From a virus (Duplodnaviria > Caudoviricetes), in IMG/VR virus record IMGVR_UViG_3300009183_000012, positions 1 to 51,676 of that record: a stretch of DNA of 51,676 bases. One strand, 5' to 3'. Below, in pieces: positions 28,721 through 36,299 of the stretch (its first letter is position 1; every line of letters begins with the position of its first letter). Below the pieces are notes generated by a model, which worked only from the letters and a program-made list of their open reading frames with translations, ran no database searches and was not told where the DNA came from. The translations under genes were made by a program, and so were the position numbers.

Positions 28721-29315
28721 AGATCTGAAGCTGCCGTTCGACGGCCAGACTTTCCCCTCCGCGCTCTCGCCGGTCTTTGATGATCTCGTCGGGAAGTTGA
28801 AGGCCAAGGTGGTCATTGAGGTCGGCTCGCACAAAGGCGGATCGGCAGTGCGTTGGGCCGGGGCCATGGGGGCGGAGGGGAAACTCTACTGCGTCGACAC
28901 TTGGCTGGAGTCTGCGGAGGCAGTCCTGAACAACTCCCAGACGTACACCATCCTCCGCCAGAACGGTCATCCCATGACCTACTGGCAGTTCCTGACGAAC
29001 ATGAAGTCCCGTGGCCTGCAAGACCGGGTGGTGCCCATCGTCAACACCTCTGCCGAAGGGGCCATCCTGCTGGGTGCTGCGGAGGTGGTGGCTGACATCA
29101 TCTACGTCGACGCCTCGCACACTTTTCGGGCAGCCTATCAGGACATCTGCGACTACTGGCCGTTGCTGCGCAAGGGTGGGGTGATGCTGGTCGATGACCT
29201 GACAACCTATCCTGACGTGTACGCGGCCATGCTGCGGTTCGTATCCGAGCAAGGTCTGTGGAGCAGCTTTGAAGCTGTCGACAACAACACCTTCGGTCTG
29301 CTGACCAAGCCATGA
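28668..29315 (+). CDS. Class I SAM-dependent methyltransferase (Methyltransf_24-like)
   Basis: IEVGSHKGGS, CVDTW, DIIYVDASH, D...YWPLLRKGG..L.DD. Confidence 0.85.
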   Translation: MSSVKHILPDASVYDRVEDLKLPFDGQTFPSALSPVFDDLVGKLKAKVVIEVGSHKGGSAVRWAGAMGAEGKLYCVDTWLESAEAVLNNSQTYTILRQNGHPMTYWQFLTNMKSRGLQDRVVPIVNTSAEGAILLGAAEVVADIIYVDASHTFRAAYQDICDYWPLLRKGGVMLVDDLTTYPDVYAAMLRFVSEQGLWSSFEAVDNNTFGLLTKP

Positions 29316-29575
29316 ATTGCCAGACGTTGCAGTTAATCGTGACCTACGCCGGGGACATCACCGAGCGAGTGATCGAAAGCGGTGTTTCAGACCCCTCCCA
29401 GATCCGGCTCAACGCCTCGGGCAACACTGAACAGGTGTGTGCTGGTCTCATCCATCCCCACATGGACCCCATGCTGGTCATTGAGATTATGGGGGAAGAT
29501 CTTTTGAATGATGCCCGGAAAAACGGTGAGGTTCTTTCCCACCGCTGGGTCACCCACCAACATATCCAACCATGA
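29312..29575 (+). CDS. Hypothetical protein
   Basis: ATGA-coupled in operon. Confidence 0.6.
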   Translation: MNCQTLQLIVTYAGDITERVIESGVSDPSQIRLNASGNTEQVCAGLIHPHMDPMLVIEIMGEDLLNDARKNGEVLSHRWVTHQHIQP

Positions 29576-29859
29576 GCCAAACCATCCAAGCCCGTTCGAT
29601 CAAGATTCTCCCCAGTCAGACGCTGGATCTGCCGCTGCATTGCAAGCTGCTCGACGTCCATCTGGACATCCGCCACAACAACTGCCTCCTGTGGACCTTG
29701 GAGGACAAGGAGCGGACAACGGAGAAAGTGGACATCATTATGCTTACGGTGGATCAAACGCTCACTCCCGAGAACGCCCGGTATGTGGGCAACTTCAAGG
29801 GCAATGCCGGGGTGTGGCAGGTCTTCGCGTTGCGGGCTTCGGAGAAACTCTTCGCATGA
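29572..29859 (+). CDS. Hypothetical protein
   Basis: ATGA-coupled; beta-rich small phage family (LW..D....YVG...VW.VF). Confidence 0.6.
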   Translation: MSQTIQARSIKILPSQTLDLPLHCKLLDVHLDIRHNNCLLWTLEDKERTTEKVDIIMLTVDQTLTPENARYVGNFKGNAGVWQVFALRASEKLFA

Positions 29860-30080
29860 ACTCCCGTAAAGACTTCGTCAAATTGTCCACGGGTGACATC
29901 ATCCCCGTCAGTCAACTCCACGGCGTGGTGATTGCGAAGAAGTGGCTCTGGCTGAAAATGCAGTGGTCGTTCCGCGTGACCATCACCATGGCCGCCGCGA
30001 CTTACAGCATCGGGTTCTCCTCCCGAAAAGGGGCAGAAGATTTTTCGGATGAAGTTTTCCTCGCTTTGACCGCACCATGA
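29856..30080 (+). CDS. Hypothetical protein
   Basis: ATGA-coupled start at 29856. Confidence 0.55.
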   Translation: MNSRKDFVKLSTGDIIPVSQLHGVVIAKKWLWLKMQWSFRVTITMAAATYSIGFSSRKGAEDFSDEVFLALTAP

Positions 30081-30874
30081 AAAAACGTGTCCTCGTCTCC
30101 TGCTCCGCCAAAGGTGGAGTCCCTTACTACTGGTTCTCGTCCTACGATCAGATGATGCGGATGGACCATCCCGACTACTCGTTTGAGTTCGTGATGGAGT
30201 CGGGCAACTCGGCCATCAGCATTTCCCGCAACATCGCGGCAGCCTCGGCCATTGAGCAGGGCTACTGGAAGCTGGTCCAGATCGACAAGGACCAGTTCTG
30301 GAACCCGTCCCAGTTGGTGGCCTTGGTGTCCCGTGACGAGGACATTGTGGCTGCGCCCTACGTGAAGAAGAAGAGTGGGCCGGTCTCGTGGCTGATCGTG
30401 AAGACGCCCGGTGCCGAGGTCCGTGAGGACGGACTGCTCCAGTGCGACTTCGTCGGCACGGGCATGCTGTCCACCTCAGTGTCGGCCTTGCAGCACATGG
30501 TCGACTTCTTCCCCGAGCGCAGGTTCGACTACGAGGATGAGAGCGGGAAGACCAAGTCCATGACCGAGCTATTCCCCATTGGGCTGGTGGGTCCGAACAC
30601 CCCGGAGGGGAAGCTGGCCCGGATGGCCTTGGCCGGTACTTTCCGCGAGATGCAGGACATCCTGCACACCGACATCGAGGGAGGAGGAGGGGCCAGACTG
30701 CTGGGCGAGGACTACGGCTTCTGCCATCTGGCCCGCAAGTCCGGACTCAAGCTGTGGTGCGACACCCGTCAAGTGGTGGGCCATGTGGGCGACGTCGTGT
30801 ACCCGATCACCCCTGAAGCTCTCAGTTCTCCCGCTTCCATCCCGACCCACTCTCTCTGCCTCGACAGCTACTAA
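30077..30874 (+). CDS. GT-A fold glycosyltransferase-like protein
   Basis: SRNIAA, IDKD (DxD), DIVAAPY.KK, VGTGML, GEDYGFC..AR..G.K.W.D...VGHVG. Confidence 0.7.
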   Translation: MKKRVLVSCSAKGGVPYYWFSSYDQMMRMDHPDYSFEFVMESGNSAISISRNIAAASAIEQGYWKLVQIDKDQFWNPSQLVALVSRDEDIVAAPYVKKKSGPVSWLIVKTPGAEVREDGLLQCDFVGTGMLSTSVSALQHMVDFFPERRFDYEDESGKTKSMTELFPIGLVGPNTPEGKLARMALAGTFREMQDILHTDIEGGGGARLLGEDYGFCHLARKSGLKLWCDTRQVVGHVGDVVYPITPEALSSPASIPTHSLCLDSY

Positions 30875-30881
30875 AACCCCC

Positions 30882-31367
30882 ATGCCTAAACACACTCCAG
30901 AACAGCTTGCAGCAAAGAGGCGTTTGGCGAAACAGAAGTCCGCTGTTCGCACTGCCATGATCGAAGGGGATCTGGCCTTGGCCAAGTCCATCGCGGCCAA
31001 GGAGGGCTTTGACCTCCAAGACGCCCGACTGCCCCTGATCTACAACAACCCCTCGGAACCGTTCTTCGCGGCTCTGGATCTCGGGGAAGATGAGGCAGTG
31101 GCAGTGGCAGAGGTGGAGGTGGAGGTGGCAGAGGTGAAGGAGGTGGTGCTGGAGAACGGGTGGCCGGTGGAGTGCGAGGCCGAGGTCTGGGGTCTATGCA
31201 CCAACGCCAGTCTGATCATCGTGAAGCTCGACGACGGGCGGAAGGTGTCCCTGCAAAAGACCCGGGGTCTCCCTTACCGCACCCGGGACCGGATAGCGGT
31301 CAAGCTGTCCAAGTCTTTGGGAGACCCCCTCTACGTCGAACTGCCAAGGGCTACGACTGCGTTCTAA
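30882..31367 (+). CDS. Hypothetical protein
   Basis: ATG 30882; acidic A/V/E linker; convergent with the terS candidate. Confidence 0.6.
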   Translation: MPKHTPEQLAAKRRLAKQKSAVRTAMIEGDLALAKSIAAKEGFDLQDARLPLIYNNPSEPFFAALDLGEDEAVAVAEVEVEVAEVKEVVLENGWPVECEAEVWGLCTNASLIIVKLDDGRKVSLQKTRGLPYRTRDRIAVKLSKSLGDPLYVELPRATTAF

Positions 31368-31861
31368 ATAACGTCGAGGTCGATGACCTTCTTCTCTCCT
31401 CTCAAAGAGGAGAGAAGCTCCTCCCGGCTCATGTCGCCGTAGTTGTTGATCTGGACGCTCAGGTTGCCCTGAGAGGGCTTGGAGTTCATGGCTGCCAGCT
31501 TGTCCACCGAGATGGCCAGTGTCATGTTGAGGTCGCTCAACTTCTGTCCGCCCTCGGCCAGTTTCTCCTGAATACGGTCTACGGCCATGTCGGCCAGAGA
31601 ACGCAGACGTTCGGAGAACAGAGCCTGAAACTCTTCGGCAGATGCCCCTACCACTCGTTGGATCATGGCCCGATCATCCCCGGTAATGGGCTTACATGTC
31701 GAGCCTGTTCGTGGGACCGACTTACCAGCGATAGCCCGCTCGGCAAATTCGTCGATGACGGCATCCAGTTCGTAGGTTCTTTTCTGCGCCTTCCTTTGGG
31801 CAGAGAGGTTTGGGTTGCCCCCTTTAAGGCCGTTCAGTCGATTGATTTCGCTGCGGGTCAT
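31364..31861 (-). CDS. terS: Putative terminase small subunit
   Basis: Helical 165 aa; LAISVDK, SVQINN, MSREELL..L, VID C-terminus typical of terS-like proteins; same strand as terL. Confidence 0.5.
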   Translation of the reverse strand: MTRSEINRLNGLKGGNPNLSAQRKAQKRTYELDAVIDEFAERAIAGKSVPRTGSTCKPITGDDRAMIQRVVGASAEEFQALFSERLRSLADMAVDRIQEKLAEGGQKLSDLNMTLAISVDKLAAMNSKPSQGNLSVQINNYGDMSREELLSSLRGEKKVIDLDVI

Positions 31862-32193
31862 ATGGGTGAGTCTTTGTCGGCCAGTAAGCGGGAGATCCGG
31901 TCGTCTTTCAACGCATTTCCCAGTTTGGCCAGTCGCTCGGATTCGGTGACCGCTGCCAAGGCTTTGGTCAGGGATTGGACTTGGGTGATGGCCTCTTGCA
32001 GTTTGGACTCGGTAATCTTGAATTGGGCCAGCTCTTCGCGCAGAACCTTGCAGCGTTCCCGGTAGCGGGCGGTCACCCCCTTCATCAGGGACAGTCGGAT
32101 GATCTCGCGGTCTTTCGAGGCGAGCTTGCTGTGCAGTTCGTCGAAACGCTGCTGCCACTCGGCAACGGTCTTATCAAATTCTTCGTCGTTCAT
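31858..32193 (-). CDS. Coiled-coil hypothetical protein
   Basis: ATG 32193, ATGA-coupled on both sides. Confidence 0.6.
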   Translation of the reverse strand: MNDEEFDKTVAEWQQRFDELHSKLASKDREIIRLSLMKGVTARYRERCKVLREELAQFKITESKLQEAITQVQSLTKALAAVTESERLAKLGNALKDDRISRLLADKDSPI

Positions 32194-32585
32194 ATATGGG
32201 TCTTGATGGCTTTGGCTCTGCGTTCCTTGATCAGGTGTGGTAGGCATAAAGTGCGATTGGGGGCTGCGGGCTGGCTGCATTGGCGGCAGATTCCCTGTTG
32301 TGACCGGCGAAGGGACCAGAGGAGCTTGGCCTCCAGTCGGGCCTGTGCGATAGCGGTGTGCTGGTGGCAGTGACGCCTGCCCTTGACGGCGCACTGGCCA
32401 CAGATGACGCATAGGCCCATTGCGACCCTTTCCGCCCTCTTCAGGGCAGAAGCACGCCTCCGTTCCGCGCTTCGCGCAGAATGGATAGGGCACAGGGTCT
32501 GGCCGGGGATCACTGCTCCATTGCAGTGGGTGCAGAGGTTAAGGGCTTTGTGCTCCATTCTCCACTGAGCTTTCGATTTCGCCAT
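32190..32585 (-). CDS. Triple CxxC-x9-CxxH zinc-finger protein
   Basis: CTHC..CPIH, CVIC..CHQH, CRQC..CLPH separated by basic helices. Confidence 0.7.
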   Translation of the reverse strand: MAKSKAQWRMEHKALNLCTHCNGAVIPGQTLCPIHSARSAERRRASALKRAERVAMGLCVICGQCAVKGRRHCHQHTAIAQARLEAKLLWSLRRSQQGICRQCSQPAAPNRTLCLPHLIKERRAKAIKTHI

Positions 32586-32625
32586 GCGTTCACCAGATCG
32601 GGGGGCGTTGGCCGAGTCAAGAGTT

Positions 32626-32826
32626 TTCCCAATAAAAATGGGGGATCTCCCGCAAAACTCCGCCTATAATCAAGTATTATGCTTTTCGGGCTGTATATAT
32701 ATTTTTTATTATTATTTCTATAATTTATCTCGCGTGTAAAGTAAATCAAATAAAATAAAATACGGTAAACAATAAATCCCGTAATCTGGCGGAGTTTTCC
32801 GGCAGCTCCCCCATTCTACTTGGGAA
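32626..32826. other. AT-rich core flanked by 39-bp imperfect inverted repeats (candidate origin)
   Basis: Arms 32626-32664 and 32788-32826; core is strongly AT-rich in a GC-rich genome. Confidence 0.6.
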
Positions 32827-32841
32827 TATCTGACCGGCCCT

Positions 32842-32905
32842 GAACTGGGGGAAGACCTACTCCGAACTGGGGGAAGACCTACTCCGAACTGGGGGAAGAC
32901 CTACT
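32842..32905. repeat. Three tandem 22-bp iteron-like repeats
   Basis: GAACTGGGGGAAGACCTACTCC x2 plus a 20-bp third copy. Confidence 0.9.
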
Positions 32906-33116
32906 GTAAAATTCGATTTGGGGGTTCCAATGGATAATAAGAATTGCGCGAGCGCCCGCGCCTGACCCCCTCCCCCCCTCCCTGCTCCAGATCTGGTGCC
33001 TCGCTCCACCCGAATACCGGTCTCCCGCCGTGCCCCCACGGTCTCGTATCCGCTCCCCGCATACACGCAGCGCAACCCCATGCGGCACAAGCACTTCCGC
33101 AGACAGCTAGGACCGA

Positions 33117-33144
33117 ACTTAACATAATCACCATTGTACGTTAC
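33117..33144 (-). other. dif-like XerC/XerD recombination site
   Basis: Minus strand GTAACGTACAA-TGGTGA-TTATGTTAAGT; XerD arm 10/11 to E. coli TTATGTTAAAT; 11-6-11 geometry. Confidence 0.7.
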
Positions 33145-33184
33145 CGGAGCGCAGACGAGTGCGGCGCAGGCACTTACGCAAACA

Positions 33185-33591
33185 GGCACCCGGCACCCGG
33201 CGACTGCGGCACCCGGCACCCGGCACCCGGCGGCACCCGGCTCCGGCGGCACCCGGCTCCGGCGGTCGACGGCGGAATCCGGCGACTAGGAAACGATTCC
33301 TGCTAGTTGAAACCCATTCTCAATAACTTACGTAAGTCGCTCCCAGATCAACTTCCCCACGTCCCCACGTCCCCACGTCCCCACGTCCCCACGTCACCCG
33401 TCACCCGTCGCCGGATCCCGTCGCCCCACGTCACCCATCACCCGTCACCCGTCACCCGTCGCCCCACTTGCGTAAGTCGCCCCACTGCCCCACGTCACCC
33501 GTCACCCGTCGCCCCACTGCCCCACCGCCCCACGTCACCCGTCACCCGTCACCCGTCACCCACCAGCCCACCAGCCCACCAGCCCACCAGC
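33185..33591. repeat. Polar arrays of short repeats (GGCACCC x7, CCCCACGT x5, about ten GTCACCC, CCACCAGC x4)
   Basis: Read directly; all are C-rich on + and G-rich on -. Confidence 0.9.
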
Positions 33592-33645
33592 CCACTTCCT
33601 CACGTCACTCCACTGCCCGCCCCAACTGGTAACCGCGCCTCGAAA

Positions 33646-33661
33646 TGTTCCACATGGAACA
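33646..33661. promoter_or_regulatory. parS-like palindrome
   Basis: TGTTCCACATGGAACA, 15/16 to the parS variant TGTTCCACGTGGAACA. Confidence 0.65.
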
Positions 33662-34065
33662 ATTTCTAACTTCATGCACCGCATGCACTTACGTAAGTCA
33701 CTTACGTAAGTTACTGCGGCACAGTAACTTAGCACCGGCGTTTCCTGCCCTTTTAAGCCCACTCTAATACGTTTTCTGTCCCTGCTCTGAAATCGCGCAA
33801 GTCGCTAGTCCATCAGCGACTTCCGCATTTATGACACGGCAACCCTCTACCCATACCGCCACCGACCCCCTCAGGCCCGCAAATCGAAAGGAAACGGCCT
33901 TAGAATCGATTTCACCTAAGTCGTTCTTTCGCAACACTTTGGTGAGATCGGACTCTCCACACTATATATAGGAAAAATCCCACGCCCCCAAAGCTTATGA
34001 CACACAGAGATTACAGAATCTGTCACTTTGTTGTCGACACCTACCAATACCTGTTTCAGGGTGAC

Positions 34066-34452
34066 GTCGTTGGTGACGGGGACGGTAGCAGAGGCGGGGG
34101 GCGCGGCCCTCCAAATCTCCCCCCTCGGCCCCGACCTGACGGCCCCGAAAACCGCGCTACGTCGCGGTGGGTGATGGTGGGCCAAGCGCAAAGGAGGTGA
34201 CCGACTGCATGGGCTAACGCCCCTGCGACTGGTCTCGATCCCCCGCCCCGACCGTCTCGGTCGAAGTAGCTGCCCCCGGCAACCGCGTTCCAACCAACGC
34301 ACCGGGGGACGTACAGGTCATCCCCCCGCCTGCTGCGCATCGCTCACCGAAACCACGATCCTGACCGACGTGGAGGACCAGTGAGCAGGAACACCAAGTG
34401 GGTGTTTCCTACAGTGACCACGCCCCGCGTGGACCCTGTTGGAAGCACCCAC
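34066..34452 (+). ncRNA. Candidate structured leader/ncRNA of the early operon
   Basis: No convincing ORF; at least five successive hairpins; possible promoter TCGACA-17bp-CAGGGT at 34034-34062. Confidence 0.4.
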
Positions 34453-34475
34453 GCTTCACCCAACCAACCAAAAAC

Positions 34476-34757
34476 ATGTCTGCCGATCACATCGCCTCGC
34501 TCTGCGCTCGCTGCGATAGCGCCAGCGCCAACGCCTCCGCCTCCCTCGCCCAACTCGCAGCCCAGACCGGGCCACGCAACCGGGCCAAGTGGCGGCGCGA
34601 ACATGTCCTCCGCGTCGGCCAGCTCGACCGCGCTGCCCTCGCCCTCGCCCTCGCCCTTTGGGTCCAGCCTCACGCCGAGGACCCGCTGCCCGCCTCCTAC
34701 CGCCAGTACGCAACCACCATCCACGGCTATGCCGTCAAGCACCTCAACGTCCTCTAA
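34476..34757 (+). CDS. Early hypothetical protein (93 aa)
   Basis: CA-rich leader then ATG 34476; C-ending codon bias. Confidence 0.65.
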   Translation: MSADHIASLCARCDSASANASASLAQLAAQTGPRNRAKWRREHVLRVGQLDRAALALALALWVQPHAEDPLPASYRQYATTIHGYAVKHLNVL

Positions 34758-34758
34758 C

Positions 34759-35094
34759 ATGTCCAAACTCATCCTCCCCCGGATCCACCTCGGTGGCACC
34801 GGCCCCACCACGCTCATCGCCGATTACTCCGCTGCCATCGCGGCGTTGCAGGAAGCCCTCCGCCTGCTCGGCGAGAGCTACCACGACCGCGACTACTACC
34901 TCCTCGGTCAGGATATCCACCGCGAGGCTCGTGGTCAGCACGTCGAACGCTGCGCCGCCATCGGCGGCGTGATCGCCGCCCTCCGAGCCATGCAAGACCA
35001 CGCTGCCGACGAGCGCGACGCCCGCGACGGCATTGCCCGGGCGTGGCTCGACGCTGACGCCGACGACCACCACGCCCGCACCCGCCAACCCTAA
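34759..35094 (+). CDS. Early conserved phage protein (P.IHL.GT...RDYY family)
   Basis: ATG 34759; LPRIHLGGT and HDRDYY motifs. Confidence 0.7.
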   Translation: MSKLILPRIHLGGTGPTTLIADYSAAIAALQEALRLLGESYHDRDYYLLGQDIHREARGQHVERCAAIGGVIAALRAMQDHAADERDARDGIARAWLDADADDHHARTRQP

Positions 35095-35147
35095 GGACGA
35101 AACGCCCCCACCGGGCGTCTCGGCGTTTCGCGCCGACTGACGAGTCC
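35095..35147 (+). ncRNA. Type II hammerhead ribozyme
   Basis: GGAC-GAAA-CGCCC(CCACC)GGGCG-UC^-UCGGCG(UUUCG)CGCCGA-CUGACGA-GUCC: complete core and three paired stems. Confidence 0.9.
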
Positions 35148-35178
35148 AGCCGCCTCACCTGTTCCACCTGTTCCTCCC

Positions 35179-36213
35179 ATGTCCTCCTCCTCCCGCCTCA
35201 CCCAACTCCTCAACGCCAACCGCCGCGTCCTCCTCGTAGGTCCGCCCGGTTGTGCCAAAACCGCTCGCGTCGCCGCCGCCGCCCTCGACTGCAACCGCAA
35301 GCTCATCGTCTTCCGTTCCGCCCTCGCCGAGAGGGTGGACCTCGGTGGGTGCTACGTCCCCAACCAAGCCAAGGGCGTCACGGAATCGCTCCCGCTGCAA
35401 CTCCTCTGGGACTTGCGGCACACCACCGTCCCCACCCTGCTCTTCCTCGACGACCTCGGGCAGGCCCCCGTCGACGTGCAGGCTGCAGCGATGGCCCTGT
35501 TTGACGACGGTGCCATCAGCAAGTCGGTCGTGATCTGGGGTGCCACCAATCGACCCGGCGACAAGGCCGGTGTGACCTCGCTCTGCGAGCCGCTGCGCTC
35601 GCGGTTCCACGTTGCATTTGCGATTGCAACGCCCCAGACCGAAAACAAGACCGACGGCCCGACCTACGTCGCCCCGTGGCGCGATGAGGTCGATGCGTGG
35701 GCCGCGTGGGCGAACGAGCAGGGCTTCGCCCCTGAGCTCGTCGCGTGGCACCGGTCCACGACCGGGCGTACGTTGTACGCTTGGAAGCCCGCCGCCGACC
35801 CGGCCACCCGCATGCCCGACTTCCGCAGCTGGGAAACGGTCGGTCACCTCTGGGAGGCGGGTCTCCGCGACTTCGACACGATCAGCGCCGCAATCGGCAA
35901 GGCTGCCGCCGCAGAGTTCCTCGCCTTCGCCGCCCTCGCCGACCAGCTGCCCACTCCACAACAGGTGTGGATGGACCCGCACGGTGCCACGGTGCCGACC
36001 GAACCGGCGGCGCAGTACCTGATCGCCTCCATGCTCGGTCGGGCGGCGGAGGCCAAGTTCGCGCCGCAGCTGGTCACGTACCTGTCCCGCCTGCCCCGCG
36101 TGATGGGTGCCTACTGCGCAAAGGACGCCTTCGCCCGCCTCGGTGCCAAACTCGTCGCCAACAAGGCATGGCAGGAGTGGTGGGTCGCCAACCAAGCCCT
36201 GTTCACTGCCTGA
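35179..36213 (+). CDS. MoxR-like AAA+ ATPase
   Basis: Walker A GPPGCAKT, Walker B LLFLDD, GATNR, EPLRSRF, P.FRSWE. Confidence 0.85.
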   Translation: MSSSSRLTQLLNANRRVLLVGPPGCAKTARVAAAALDCNRKLIVFRSALAERVDLGGCYVPNQAKGVTESLPLQLLWDLRHTTVPTLLFLDDLGQAPVDVQAAAMALFDDGAISKSVVIWGATNRPGDKAGVTSLCEPLRSRFHVAFAIATPQTENKTDGPTYVAPWRDEVDAWAAWANEQGFAPELVAWHRSTTGRTLYAWKPAADPATRMPDFRSWETVGHLWEAGLRDFDTISAAIGKAAAAEFLAFAALADQLPTPQQVWMDPHGATVPTEPAAQYLIASMLGRAAEAKFAPQLVTYLSRLPRVMGAYCAKDAFARLGAKLVANKAWQEWWVANQALFTA

Positions 36214-36223
36214 TAGCTCACCG

Positions 36224-36252
36224 ACCTACCACCCTGCCGCAGGGTGGTGGGT
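36224..36252 (+). promoter_or_regulatory. Intergenic 13-bp hairpin (processing/attenuation)
   Basis: ACCTACCACCCTG-CCG-CAGGGTGGTGGGT. Confidence 0.5.
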
Positions 36253-36299
36253 TGCCTTAGCTCTCAACTCAACTCAACCAACCAACAACAGGTATCACC

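Noticed and set aside
32968-32975. KOPS motif GGGGAGGG near the dif-like site
   Set aside because: Single copy inside a C-run and oriented away from the dif-like site
32857-33762. ORFs across the repeat region (e.g. 33307..33669)
   Set aside because: Translations of simple repeats with non-ATG starts; region is better explained as non-coding
34342-34386. Second hammerhead (GAAA and CTGACCGA present)
   Set aside because: Core spacing and stem order do not fit the hammerhead consensus
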